DNA from: Carcharhinus longimanus
Taxonomy: Eukaryota
NCBI GenBank assembly: GCA_030264375.1
Contig: JASCQW010000154.1
Location: 4,021,371-4,085,370 of the forward strand
DNA: 64,000 nt
Direction: 5' to 3'
Below are positions 1 to 12,643 of the stretch, in pieces. Under the pieces are notes generated by a model. It saw nothing but the letters and a program-made list of their open reading frames with translations, did no database searches and was not told the DNA's origin. The stretch's first letter is position 1. The number at the start of each line of letters is the position of its first letter. The position numbers and the translations under genes are program-made.

Positions 1-639
1 GATACTCTACGAATCCAAATTCTTTCCTTTGTTCTTTCATTCTTTCTTCTCTTTGCCTTCATTTTTTCGTGACAGTGGATAAAGATAAGACCAGCTGTGA
101 TATCTTCTGCTATCAAGAACAATTAGGGATGGGCAAAAAATGCTGGCCAAGCCAGTGACACCCAAATCCAGCTGGCGGCATTCATTACCGTGGCTCCCAT
201 GTGAAGCATAACCACTTGGGTAAGATGCTGGCAGAACCATTATCCAGCATTTGAGAGAGGGGAGAACAGAGCTGGTAAAAATGGAAGAAAAAGATACTGA
301 CATCCAGATGCTAGTTATCAGACTATGCAGCATGGAGATTAGAGTTGAGATGGAATAATCTGATTCTAATGTCTGCCATTTATCTCCCTAAAGGAAAATG
401 CGAGCATATGCTGTCAGACTTGCAGTCTGATCCCTGTCCAATGTATGTATGAGTTCAAAGAAATTGTTAACTATAAACAGTGCCCGGCTGATTGGTGTAA
501 ATTCCATTGAACATAATCTGAATTTCAAACTATTGGTTGTGTAAAAGGGAATAATACATAATAGTCTATGACACATAAAAGCCTGACATCAACTGACATC
601 ATAGCAGTTATCATAACTCCAGCAAATTCCTAGCTAATA

Positions 640-850
640 AAAGAACTTGCATTTGTGTGGCACATTATCAGTTTCAATGTGATTCGTAAGCAATTAAACC
701 CTTTTGAAGTACAGTCATTCACTATGTGTATGTAAACACAACAGCCAATTTGCAAACACATTTTGTGCTCCAGAAAGCATGCAGAGATGAAAGGTACATT
801 TCTGATAATGATGGTTATGGGAATAAGTTGGCTAGAACAATATGTTCGCT
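640..850 (-). mobile_element. Degraded Deu-domain SINE fragment
   Basis: Resembles the reverse complement of the SINE 3' half at 5640-5755 (AACTTGCATTT...CAGCCAATTTGC). Confidence 0.5.
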
Positions 851-929
851 GTCAGGATCTGTGATGAGAACAAGTAAGTTAAGGTTTCGTGTGTAGCTCA
901 TTTATTAGAGCTCAGTATCCAGTTAAATA

Positions 930-1270
930 TTGGAAAGATTGAAGCTATTGGGTCTTGCCACAAACTCTGTTTCTAGGCATTGATTCCATCCCAATCCCTG
1001 GCCACTATCTGATGCTGAACCAGACTGTTCACAAACCTGACATCTTATTTGATCCTGAGTTGAGCTTCCACCCTCATATCCGCCTCATCATGAAAACCTC
1101 TCACTTCTATATTCATTACATCATTCAACTCCATCCCTACCTCAGCTCATCTGTTGCTGAAACCCTCATCCATGCTTTTGCTACTTCCATTCCTTATTGT
1201 TTCAATTGTCTCATGGCTGGTCTCCCACTTTCCACTTCCTATCTGAAAATGTGAGTTCATTGAAAAACAT
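930..1270 (+). mobile_element. L2/CR1-clade LINE ORF2 C-terminal fragment
   Basis: Translation LSSSVAETLIHAFATS..YCFNCLMAGLP matches the L2-type motif AE-LIHAFV-SRLDYCN-LL-GLP. Confidence 0.8.
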
Positions 1271-2019
1271 ATCTATGGCCTCATACCCTCTTATCTCTGA
1301 AATCTCCTCTAACTCTACAACACTCCATAATTTCTGCATTTCTTCAATTCTGGCCAATAACATATCCTTGATTTTACTAGTCCATCATTATCATCTAAAA
1401 ATCCAGAACGGATCTGAAACTGGAATTCCAACCTAAAACAATTCTACTTGTTTCCACTATTATTGCAATGCTCTCTAAAACAATTCTGAAAAGAAAAACT
1501 GTTTCAAAATCTTTCTGACCCCAAGAAATGAGTTAAAACTGTTAGAATATTGATACACAATGTAAATGATTCACAATGAGATACAGAGGTACAGATCTCC
1601 GTTTCTCTGATGACAGCTTCTTGTGCTTATCTACCCCAATCATTTTGCTCCACTATTGAAATGCACGCTGTTAGTTTTTTGAAACTTTTTTGCTGAAATT
1701 CTCTCCACTATGCCTTTCCATTTTGTTACTCTCTCTACTCTTTTATGTCCCTCTTGAAGCTAATGGTTGTCCCTCATCATCTTTCTGTCTTTGGCCTGGT
1801 GATAATTTATCATTTCATACCTTCAAATGTATTGATAAAAATAGTTTAATTTCTGGATTATCATCCTTATTGTGTGGTAACCAATGAAAACTTGAAAACA
1901 AGTTCCAAAGGATGTTTGTGTATGTGGAACACAGAATTGCACAGAATGACATAGAAATTGCAACTCTTTAACTATTTGATTCAACTAGTTGTGCCAGTGC
2001 TTCTGCTCCACACTGCTAT

Positions 2020-2378
2020 TCATTTGTGGGACATGGGCATCACTGGCTGGCCAGCGTTTATTGCCCATCCTTAGTTGCTCTTGTTCAGAAGACAGTTAAG
2101 AGTCAACCACATTGCTCTGGATCTGGAGTCACATGTAGGCCGGACCAGATAAGGACGGTAGATTTCCTTCCTTAAAGGGTATTAGTGAACCAGATGAGTT
2201 GTTACGACAATCAACAATGGTTTCAAAGTTATCAGTAGATTCTTAATTTCAGGTATTTTTTATTGAATTCAAATTCTACCAAGTGCCGTTGTGGGATTCG
2301 AACCTGGGTCCCCAGAACATTAGCTAAATCTCTGGGTTAATAGTCTAGCAATAATACCACTAGGCCATCGCCACCCCT
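2020..2378 (-). mobile_element. tRNA-derived shark SINE
   Basis: B-box-like GGTTCGAATCCC on the minus strand near 2293-2305. A degraded plus-strand relative lies at about 6630-6855 and a tail fragment near 127-160. Confidence 0.75.
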
Positions 2379-2805
2379 AAATCACCTTCTGCCTGTTCTT
2401 TCTCATCTTGCATTGTCAATATAACCTTCTAATGCTTGGGATTTAATGGCAAAAATCATTAAATGGCTGTAGAGGTAGTGGATGCATTAGTGGTCATCTT
2501 CCAAAATTCTATAAATTCTGGAACAGTTCCTGCAGATTGGAAAATAGCAAACGTAATCTTGTTACTTATGAAAGGATGGAGAGAGTAACTGGAGATCTAT
2601 AGACCTGTTAGACTGGCACCAGTAGCAGGGAAAGTATGAGAATCTATTATAAAAGATGTGATAACTGGACACATAGAAAATAATGGTGGCATTGGGCAGT
2701 GTCAACTTGGATTTATAAAAGGGCAATCATGTTTGACAAACCTGTTAGTAATTTTGAGGATGTAACTAGCAGAATAGATAATCAGGAACCAGTGAATGTG
2801 GTGTA

Positions 2806-3118
2806 AAGAGACGTTTAAGATAATGAAAAGGATGGATAGGGTAGAGGTAGAGAGATTCTTCCCGCTTAGAAAGGATAGCAGGACTAGAGGGCACAGCCTC
2901 AAGATANNNNNNNNNNNNNNNNNNNNNNNNNNNNNNNNNNNNNNNNNNNNNNNNNNNNNNNNNNNNNNNNNNNNNNNNNNNNNNNNNNNNNNNNNNNNNN
3001 NNNNNNAGTGGAACTGATCCACTTCAGATCAGCCATGATCTTATTGAATGGCGGGGCAGGCTCGAAGGGCGAGATGGCCTACTGCTGCTCCTATTTCTTC
3101 TGTTCTTAGGTTCTTATG
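2806..3118 (+). mobile_element. 5'-truncated CR1 3' end nested in the host CR1
   Basis: ETFKIMKRMDRVEVERFFP...RTRGHSLKI plus a 3' tail. Splits the host motif VVY|LDFQK. Contains an N gap. Confidence 0.8.
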
Positions 3119-3892
3119 TATTTGGATTTTCAGAAGCTTTAGAACAGGCTTAAGGAACACATGGGATTGGGGATAATATACTGGCATGATAGAAGAACTG
3201 GTTACTGGACAAAAAAAGACGATAGGAAAAAAGAGTCATTATCAGATTGGCAGTCTGTGACTGGTTGGCTAGCACAAGGATCAATGGTTGGGCCCCAGTT
3301 ATTCGCAACGTTTATCGATGATTAGGGTGTCGGGACCAAATGTAATATTTCAATGTTTGCTAAAACTAGGTGAGAATGTGAGTTGTGAAAAGATGCAAGG
3401 ATGCTTCAAGGAGGCTTAGACATACCATTTGAGTGGTCAAAAACATAGCAGATGGAATGTAATGTGGAAAAATGTGAAGTTATCCACTTTGGCAGGAAAT
3501 AAGAAGTACAGAGTATTTCTTAAATGGAGAGAGATTCGGAAATATTGATGTCCATAGAGACCTGGATGTCCTTGTTCTTAAGTCCCTGAAAATTAACATA
3601 CAGGTACAGCAGGTAATTAGGTAGACAAATGGTTTGTTGACTTTTTTGCAAATGGATTTGAGTATCGGGGTAAAGGAGCCTTGCTGCAATTATATAGAGT
3701 CTTGGAAACCAGAGTATTCTGTACAGTTTTCATCTCTTTACCTAAGGAAAGATATATTTTTCCGACAACGAATGCAACAATGATAACCTGATTGTGTTGT
3801 GGAGAGATTGAGGGCACTGGGTCTATATTCTCTAGTGTTCTAAAGAATGAGAGATAATCTCATTGAAACATTCAAAATTCTTTGGAAAACGA

Positions 3893-4230
3893 TCACAGAA
3901 TCACAGAATCATAGAATGCCTACAGTGCAGAAGGAGGCCATTTGGCCCACTGAGTCTGCATTGACAACAATCCCACCCAGACCCTATCCCCATAACCCTA
4001 TTAATTTACCTTACTAACATCCTGACACTAAGGGACAATTTAGCATGGCCAATCAGCCTAACCAGCATATCTTTTGGACTGTGGGAGGAAACCAGAGCAC
4101 CTGGAGGAAACCCATGCAGACGTGGGGCAAACATGCAGTCTCCACACACAGAATGACCCAAGTTAGGAATCAAATTCAGCTTTCTGGCACTGCGCGGTAG
4201 CAGTGTTAATCACTGTGCCACGATGCTGCC
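3893..4230 (-). mobile_element. HE1-like V-SINE
   Basis: V-domain (GGAGGAAACC..AGCACC.GGAGGAAACCCA.GCAGAC), tRNA-like head GGCAGCATCGTGGCACAGTG on the minus strand, and a LINE-derived tail with (CACAGAAT)n repeats. Confidence 0.88.
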
Positions 4231-5127
4231 CTAGGATGCAGGAAGGATGTTCCCCGGTTGTGAGGTGTAGAACCAGGGAGAACAGTCTCAGAATAAGAGC
4301 TGGGCCAAATGTGGACTGAGAGGAATGGTGGGACAGAGGGGTGGGGTGGTGGGGGAGTTGAATTTCTTCATTCAAAGGGAGGAGACCTCTGAAATTCTCA
4401 GTCATTGAGAATCTTCAAGAGAGAGACAAACAGATTCCTTGATATTAAATATGCAAAGGATGTGGGGACACTGAGGAAAAATGGTGTTGAGGTAGAAGAT
4501 CAGCCACAATGTAGTTCAATGGCAGAGCAGGTTCAAGTGGCTGAATGGCCTACCTCCACTTCTAGTTTCTATGTTCCTAAATTAGAATCTAACAGAGGAG
4601 TTCAAGTGATTTATATATAAAGAATTATAGGAGTAACAGGAGTTACTGTTGTGGTTGACATTTGGTAATTTCTTTAATATTCTGCCTATGTAAAGTTAGG
4701 AATTTCCTACCTGATACAGAAAGCCTTTGTACTGCAGCGCACTTATATTGCCAAAGTATTAGATCACTGCGTTAGTGATAAGAATAGTGTGACTGCATGT
4801 ATATTCATAATGAGTGTCACATTTAGTTGGTTTAATTATGGCTTCTTTAAATCTCTGTAAGTTATGCTTAGAGCTGTCACTCAGAGTTATTACTGGTTTA
4901 ATGATTTATATGATTCAGTGTTGTCTTTGTTGAGCAGGTAGCAGTTTGAAGTCTGTATTTGCTTTTGCAACATTGGCCAGTGGCACCCCTGCTTAATACA
5001 GACATCATTGCACTGCCCTGCAGTCACACAAAGCAGAACGCCCTGCACATAAGTTTAAACAGATGCAGAAAGCTGCAATCAGTGCAAATGGAATTTATAG
5101 TGCCGGTCCTGTAAAAAGAAAGGGCAG

Positions 5128-5358
5128 GATATAAATTCCATTTACACAGCACATTTCACAACCTCAGGATGTCCCAAAACAATTTGTAGCTCGTGAAGTG
5201 TTAAATTGTAGCCGCTGTTGTAATGTGGGAAAAACACTAGCTAATATTGCACACAGCAAGATCCCGCAAATGACAAGTGTTGATGACCAGATCATCTATT
5301 TCATTGACATTGCTTGAGGCTTAACAGGACACCTGGCAGAATTTCTTTACTCTTCTTT
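5128..5358 (-). mobile_element. Deu-domain SINE 3' fragment
   Basis: Reverse-complement similarity to the adjacent plus-strand SINE (GGGATCTTGCTGTGTGCAA; GAGGTTGTGAAATG). Confidence 0.65.
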
Positions 5359-5361
5359 GTG

Positions 5362-5755
5362 TTTCAGCAGGTAATGTTCTCACCTCTGAGTCAGAAGGTT
5401 ATGGGTTCAGATCCTACTCCAGAGTATGATCTGGGCTGATACTGAAGAGCTGTACTGTCAAAAGTGCTGGCATTTGGGTGAAATGTTAAATAAGGCTCCA
5501 TCCGCCCTCAGTAGATGTAAAAGATCCAGTGGCACTGTTTGAAGAACAGCTAGTTCTCTTTGCTTTCAAGTTAATGCCTATACTAACCACCCCNNNNNNN
5601 NNNNNNNNNNNNNNNNNNNNNNNNNNNNNNNNNNNNNNNNNNACTGCTGGTTCATGGGAGCTTGCTGTGTACAAATTACCTGCTGCATTTCTTGCACTTT
5701 AAAATTGGCAATAAAATACTTTTGAGGTTGTGAAATGCTTTATATAAATGTATTT
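5362..5755 (+). mobile_element. SacSINE1-like Deu-domain SINE
   Basis: tRNA-like head (CCTCTGAGTCAGAAGGTTATGGGTTCA), Deu core (GATGTAAAAGATCCAGTGGCACTGTTTGAAGAA; GGGAGCTTGCTGTG) and tail GTGAAATGCTTTATATAAATG. Confidence 0.75.
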
Positions 5756-6149
5756 TTTAAGTATTATGGATATCATTGGCAAGACTTTATGCTGCATAAT
5801 AAAATTTTAGGGTCAGATTTATGTATTAATTTCTCTGCCTGCTATTATGACAAAGGGCTATCTAAAATAAATGAGTTAAAGCCTCTGTTAGCAATTTAGA
5901 GAAGGAAGTTTCTGTCTCTTCTGATTGTAGAGTGAAATTTCACCCCATTTATATAAGTGCCTGATGGAGGAGCCAAAGGTAGAAATGAAAGATCTATGAC
6001 ATGGGTGTCCAGCCTATAACCCAAGCCACATGTGGTCTCAAAGACTTGACAATCTTGATCCTCCAAAGATCACAAGGCCTGCATCCTATTTGCATTTATT
6101 CCTTATTGAATGGCTTGTCTTGTTTTAATTTTGTGAACCTGAAAATTTA

Positions 6150-6450
6150 GAAAGAACTTTGTATAAATCCAGTCTCATTGAGCAGCAATGGAGTTTGAGA
6201 GGGTAGACATAGAGAAGATGTTTCCACTTGTGGAGGAGTCCAAAATTAGGAGCCACTAGTATTAATTCATAATCACCATAAGTCATAGATGCATTGTAGA
6301 AGAAGTTAGTTGATCCCATGAGGAAGAAAGGGTATGCCATTAGGGTGAGATAAAAGAGGGTGAAAGGAGACATGTGTGGAGAATAAACACTAGCATAGAC
6401 CAGCTGGGCGAAATGCCCTGGTTCTATGTTGTGAAGTATATAATTCTATG
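6150..6450 (+). mobile_element. Degraded CR1 3' end
   Basis: RVDIEKMFPLVEES-like segment and tail GTGGAGAATAAACACTAGCATAGACCAGCTGGGCGAAATG. Confidence 0.6.
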
Positions 6451-6624
6451 TACATCACGAAACGTTTATCTGTATTAGCAACTTGAGATTTATCTAATTG
6501 ACACTACAATTCACAGCCCATCATGGTGGCTGTATTCAGAAGTTGAATTCAGTCTTTTAAAAACATCAGAAAATAACAACCTGATATCAGGAACAATGAC
6601 TCTGAAGCTGCTGAATTGTCATAT

Positions 6625-6860
6625 AAATCTGATTGGTCCACTGGTGTCCGTCAGGGAATGAGACATACTGTTATTCCCTAGTCTGGGCGACATGTGACTC
6701 CAGTCATACACCAATGTCGCTGATTCTAACTGCCTTCTGAAATGGCCTAGTAAGCCATGGATAATGTATCAAACCAGAAGTGCAGCCTCTCAAGAAGGTA
6801 ATCTACAACCTCCCTAGGGCAGATGGGCAATAAATGATGGCAATGCCAACCATGTCCATT
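6625..6860 (+). mobile_element. Degraded shark SINE, same family as 2020-2378
   Basis: Shares CATGTGACTCCAG and GATGGGCAATAAA blocks with the reverse complement of 2020-2378. Confidence 0.6.
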
Positions 6861-9800
6861 TTCTGAGATTAAATGTAATAAGCAGCCTTTGAAGGGTCAG
6901 GGATTGTATCAATATTGCCAACCAACATAAACGTTTGGACCCCTTGCTCAGTTAGATTACTGCCTCAAATACACAATCTCCCTAAATTTTGCGGATTTTT
7001 AGCCAAGGCAGTGATTTAACCAGAACATGTTATTGACTCAACCTAAAGTAATCAGGGATGTATTCAATCCCATTACATGGGCCTCGCATTCTTTATTCCG
7101 TAATTAACCTCTTTGCTGACATCATTAGTGCAGTATTACCAGGAAGTCATCTGCTGTATATTACTGGGAAATTCTAACCCCCCTATATGTTATAACGGAT
7201 TACGTGATATTGTAATAAATATTAGTCCCATTACTTAAGGAAGGTCGCGACATTAATTTCTCAGAACCCTAATTGGTAATCAAGAAATAGATTAAATTCG
7301 TGCAAATATAATTTCTGGCTCGTTATCAAGAATCATCGATTGTCGAAGAAAAAGGTTTATTTTCTGAAGTTGATTCTAGATTTCTATTTTGCTGATAAAG
7401 CTCAATAAAGTGAATTGACTTAATCTCTTGTTGGCTTTCAGTCTCTCCTCTTGCGAGTGCCTGATGTGGTTTTAATAATGTGCGCACACGCCCAGAGTGC
7501 ACAGCCTCCAAATACGCTGTGAATCACCATCTGTTTTCCTTCAGATAGATTTTACTGAACTCAGATATTTACACAGTGATAACCTTTCAACCCAACACGT
7601 CCATAAAAGGATTGTATTGTATTTTCACTTCGATAAAAGAAACAATACCCCAAGAATAGTTTTGGAGCCAGAGGCAGGTCCGTCATAAACACAGACCCGG
7701 GCACATACTGAGATTTGAGTTTCTCTTTAAAGTCTTATTGTCATTTTACTGTGTTCTTACATATTTTTGATATGTGAATCGTTTGAAACCCGATGTAGAC
7801 ATTCTGCAACTTCGTTGGTCCTGTAACCGAGGGTTCTGCCATGCAAAAATATTCATTTTGTTAGCGGTTTAACGTTTATATTTTTAATCATGCGTTGAAC
7901 TTTTCGTTGTGTTTTCTAAGGCGATCAAGGTCGAAGTCAGAATCGAGCGCTTCAAGACTGTCACAAGCTTTATTCTTGAATATACACACACACACTAAAC
8001 ATTTATATATCAGTTCATGACACCGGCTTTTCCCAGCATTAACAGTGATTAATTTTCTGCTTTTTTTGCTGTCTCTGTCGATGTTCATTGAATCTCGTGT
8101 TCTGCACCTGTAAGGTCACTGTCAACGGCTCATGAAAATCCGACCTCTTCTCGTTACTTGTAGATCAATGGGTTCAACCCTCTGCCAAGCGTTTGACAAC
8201 TTGGAGATGGTCCCTAAGGTTTGGGGGGGTAGCTAAGTGAAATATTATGCTATGACACTCAATATGTAACATTAACAGGATCCAGTNNNNNNNNNNNNNN
8301 NNNNNNNNNNNNNNNNNNNNNNNNNNNNNNNNNNNNNNNNNNNNNNNNNNNNNNNNNNNNNNNNNNNNNNNNNNNNNNNNNNNNNNACACTCAATATGTA
8401 AAATTAACAGGATCCAGTTTATTTCCGTAATTCTCGCACGACGTTCTGTTCCACACTATTAGATATTTTTCATGATAAATCTTTCATGGCTCGGTCATTT
8501 TACAATTGAGATCATCTAGCTGTGGTTAGTCAGTGACGCCCAATACCTAGATATTGTAAAGTTAAGCAAATCTCAGTGAAGATGGTAGAAATGTAGGACA
8601 AACTTTTCCAAGTGTAATAATTAAAAGTTGTAATGCAGAGAAAACTGCTGTTTCGGCAGCCATGTATACCAAGGCAGATAGTAAGTGTGGTTGAGATAGC
8701 TATTTATATTCATTTAAACGTTAGAATGCATAAAAGATACATAAATAACATGATTATTTGTATAGGAATGTATCAATGGATAAAATAAAACATATCCATT
8801 ATCTTGTAGTCTGCAGCTGTATCTATCCGAGGGTTGTACATAAATATTACCTACATATTTATATCTGCTTTTGTATATCTGGAGATTTCTATTTGTCTCT
8901 AATTTGTAAATGTTCCAATACTCAATGGCGATGGTTTACCGAAAACTTACTTAAGAAAGGCGAATTGTGCAAAAAGATCAAAGTGTTACTGTTACTGGCT
9001 GCCTTGATACGGAGGACAATCGGAGTCAGGTCACTTTCAGATTAACAAACCAGAAATTACTATCTCACTGGCGCTCCAGTATTGCTGCTAAATATTCCAA
9101 GGTTGCGACGATTAACATGACTTTGGAAAATCTGGGAAAATTTAAACAATTAAACGTTGAACGCCGTCATCAGGACCAATAGCAGCAGGGATGAAATAAC
9201 CTCACTGGACCTCTGATAGACGATAAAACAGCGCAGACTTAATTTTGCCTGGATTTCTAGACCTTTGCTTGTATGAAATGCGACTGATTATACATGGGAT
9301 GATTATTTACCAAACATACATGTTTTCTCGTTGTATTCGGGGTGAAAGATTGCTTTGTTAATGAAAACAGTGGAGAATATTGATAGTGTGAGTATATAAA
9401 TGAGCATTCAAATGTAGGGTTAAAGCTAAACTCGCTTCCCATCATTGCCCAGAACCTCTGACACGAAACATAGTACATGGTGCCAATGTCTCCTGAGGAA
9501 ACTATTCACCTTTTTAAGGCCTGTCATATATTGGCTATTGTTTAAACCTTCCGTTACTAATTTTAGTAGGATGGAGACTAGGATATGTGCAGCAAGACTA
9601 TATTAGGAAATAGACATTAATTCAACCTCAAAACTAAAGCGAGATTATTAATTCGTGTTAATTCTGGAAGCAGATACCCTGTTTGTTATAAAGTGCAATA
9701 GGTTCTGAAGTTAGAATCGAAAACGAATACAAGTTTCAAGGCTGTCATTGGCAATATCTGTACCTGGTGCCAAAAACTGAGGGAACGCTCTCTGCTTCGA

Positions 9801-12214
9801 ATTGTCCTAATATATGTTTGCCAGACATGAGTCCCACTGGTGAGAATAGAAATAGCACTATCCACTCTCCCATAGTGTACATATCAGAATAGGTCCAATT
9901 CCAAGCAGATTCCATAAGTACAATATATACTGTTAAGGAAACGAAACTTAAATGTTCCCAAAATAATTAGGAAAAATACATGCTAAAAAGGTACTACTGA
10001 CATTTTTATTAATTTCTACCTCTAGTTTGATCAGGAAATTTGAGAATAAACTAAAATGTTTGAAATGAAGCCTTCCATTTTCCACCTATTCCATTATTCC
10101 TGTGTTCACTTGATTATTTATTTCTAACAGCATTTATTCATCTTCCACTCACTGGAGAGCGAGTACCTTCTGATTTTCAAATACAAAAATGTGTAATAAT
10201 TTGATGTTTAATTTCTTGCCTTGAAAAGACCTTTTGATGAGGGAAACCGCGCGAGGTTTGTGTGTATACGTATATAAAGAATCAAAACTTAAACTCTCGA
10301 CAAGACCACCTGCACGTTTAGTGTATTTGGGGCCAGTGGCTTTCGCTAATCACACATTTCTGTGTGAATGCCTTTATATAAATAACATACATTGATTTAT
10401 AATTCCTTTTGTGCTGTAAGTCATGCGTTTGCGTCAGTCTGTAATACTTTGAGAAAAGATTTGGATCATTTTTTTCAAAAAAAGTTGAACATTTTAGGAT
10501 GTTCTCTTTGTCGCATTTCAGATTGAGTGTAAACATTTATCGACTGCCTTAGGAACTGGAAGAACGCAATGAGATAGAAGCAAATTCACTAAAAATCATT
10601 CTAAAGTTGTTTTATTAAATAGCCCTTTTTGGCGTAGGTACTGATGTGAGACATTAGGATTCTCTACATAATATCCAGTGCTGAATTAGACCAATTTAAG
10701 ACTGTTGATTACAGATGATGAAGAGTTACGTATTTTTAAATGAATATATCAGCTGCTTCAAAAATAAGATTAGAGCGCATCTCGAATTATGGATTTGATC
10801 ATATTGCACATGTAATTTTAGTATTAAGTTTGAGTTCCTCGCTCTCGCCGTTAAGTTTTGGAATATGAAATACAATATTAACTTTGGAATTCAAGACTTA
10901 CAATATATCTGCTAAATATCAGAGTGATAGGATTCGAGTTATCTTTGTGGGATATATGATTGCAGGCGAGCATTGCATTCGGGTTTTATATGGGATGTGT
11001 TCGGTGGGACATATTTATGGGATGTCGGATTCTGAGTACGATGGGGACTATGGATGTTTGGATATTCTTTCGATCCACCGCTCCGGTAGGGAAATGTTAT
11101 GCCACAATCGGTGCAGGTGTTCCCAATTTTGACTACCAGCACCGGGGTTTATCAGTTTCTGTTCCCCAAGCTCACATCATAGCAGGAGGGCGATCTGAGA
11201 AGTAGAAACGGGGATCGCCACATTATACTGCTTACGAGTTAGGAATTTTCGTCGCTGCGATCAATTTCAAATGACCAACAGATCTTGATTTCCACAGTGC
11301 TCTGTCAGTTATTGGAAATGTATTTTAGGCAAAGTGTACGCTTCCCTCGAAATTTATCTAATTATTTAAACTCTCCTTCACTTTCATTTTATGTACTAAT
11401 AAAGAGAGAAGTTATGTAGGGATCGCCACCCATTAAGAGATAGGATGTAAATGTATTTCTATTTATCAATTTTTATGAGCTTGTGGAAATCTCAGATAAT
11501 CGAGGATTTTCAATCAGTGTAATTTATGTATTTGTCTACTTATTTGCCCAGCAACATTTCGAGGAAGTTCCTTGGACGTATGTTTTGTAAGGAATAATAA
11601 AATATGGTTTGAGTGATGTATCTGCAGAATTTCTTGACCAGCTCTTGTTGACAGGGTACTTTGGTCGGGAATGCAATAAGACCTCCTTCCGGAGGCGCTT
11701 GTTTGTTTATGCGAGTTTCTATGCAAATAACGGTGGTGGGAGCAATCGGACTCCGAGGTGAGAGATATGAACTGGATGGTTCTCCTCGGGCACGCTGCAT
11801 CCCTAACACATAGTTCCTGACAACGGATGCAAGGCTTGCAGACAGTTTGAAGTATTTAGATTCCTTATCTGCAGTGTACACGAAGATTGGAATTAAAACG
11901 AATTAATAATGATTCAGAGGGATTACGATGTAAAAAATAACTTCCGGTGCAAAAATAGCAAACCCTATGTTCCACGTTACATCGCAAAGGGTGTTAGCAA
12001 ACCTGTGCCAATCCATATTATATATGTACATTCACCTATTCATATGCAATGTGTTTGCCTGTATATATAATATATAAAATTAAATGCACAATATTTGCAA
12101 TATATATATGCATATTCATATTTGTGTATAGTAGTTATGTATATATACATGTAAGGTGTGAGGAAACTCTTATGGAGTAGAAACAGCGGCATTGACCATT
12201 TCGGCTTTATTGCA

Positions 12215-12530
12215 TAGAGATCGGCTATTCGGTCCAACTGGTCAATGCCAGTATTTATGCTTCACAGAGCCCTCTTTTCACCTTCCATCACCTAACCCAA
12301 TCAAAGTATCCTTATATTTTCCTCCCTCGTGTTCATATCTCAAATATGTTTTCCCTCAAAATGTTCTCCCTCAAATGCATTTATACGATTTGCCTCAACC
12401 GTTCCCCATTCACACCTCTCTCTGGGTAAAGGTGTTTGAAGATGTTTTTCTGAATTTCCTATTGGTCTTACTGGTGACTATCTTATATTTATGGCCCCGA
12501 GGTCTTTCACCCCTTAAGCGAAAACAAGTT
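12215..12530 (-). mobile_element. Degraded CR1 3' end
   Basis: Reverse complement resembles the 6150-6450 tail (GCATAAATACTGGCATTGACCAGTTGGACCGAAT) and the CR1 C-terminal RGHKYKI motif. Confidence 0.6.
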
Positions 12531-12603
12531 TTATGTTGTGATAATCTGAGCAATTCAATGGTTTAGATATACAAAACTTTTCTCACCTAATATATTACAC
12601 ACA

Positions 12604-12643
12604 TAGATAGATAGGTAGGTAGGTATATAGATAGATAGATAGA
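12604..12643. repeat. (GATA/GGTA)n microsatellite
   Basis: Directly visible tandem tetranucleotide. Confidence 0.85.

Larger units (their letters stand above)
2440..4580 (+). mobile_element. Degraded CR1 LINE (reverse transcriptase to 3' UTR), host to two nested insertions
   Basis: Frameshifted RT motifs (VPADWKIANV, GFIKGQSCLTNL, YLDFQK, QMECNVEKCEVIHFG) and a 3' tail GGCTGAATGGCCTAC...TTCTATGTTC. Confidence 0.9.

Noticed and set aside
8255-8418. 32-bp direct repeat (one mismatch) flanking a 100-N gap
   Set aside because: Typical of overlapping contig ends or a haplotype bubble across a scaffold gap; not a biological repeat.
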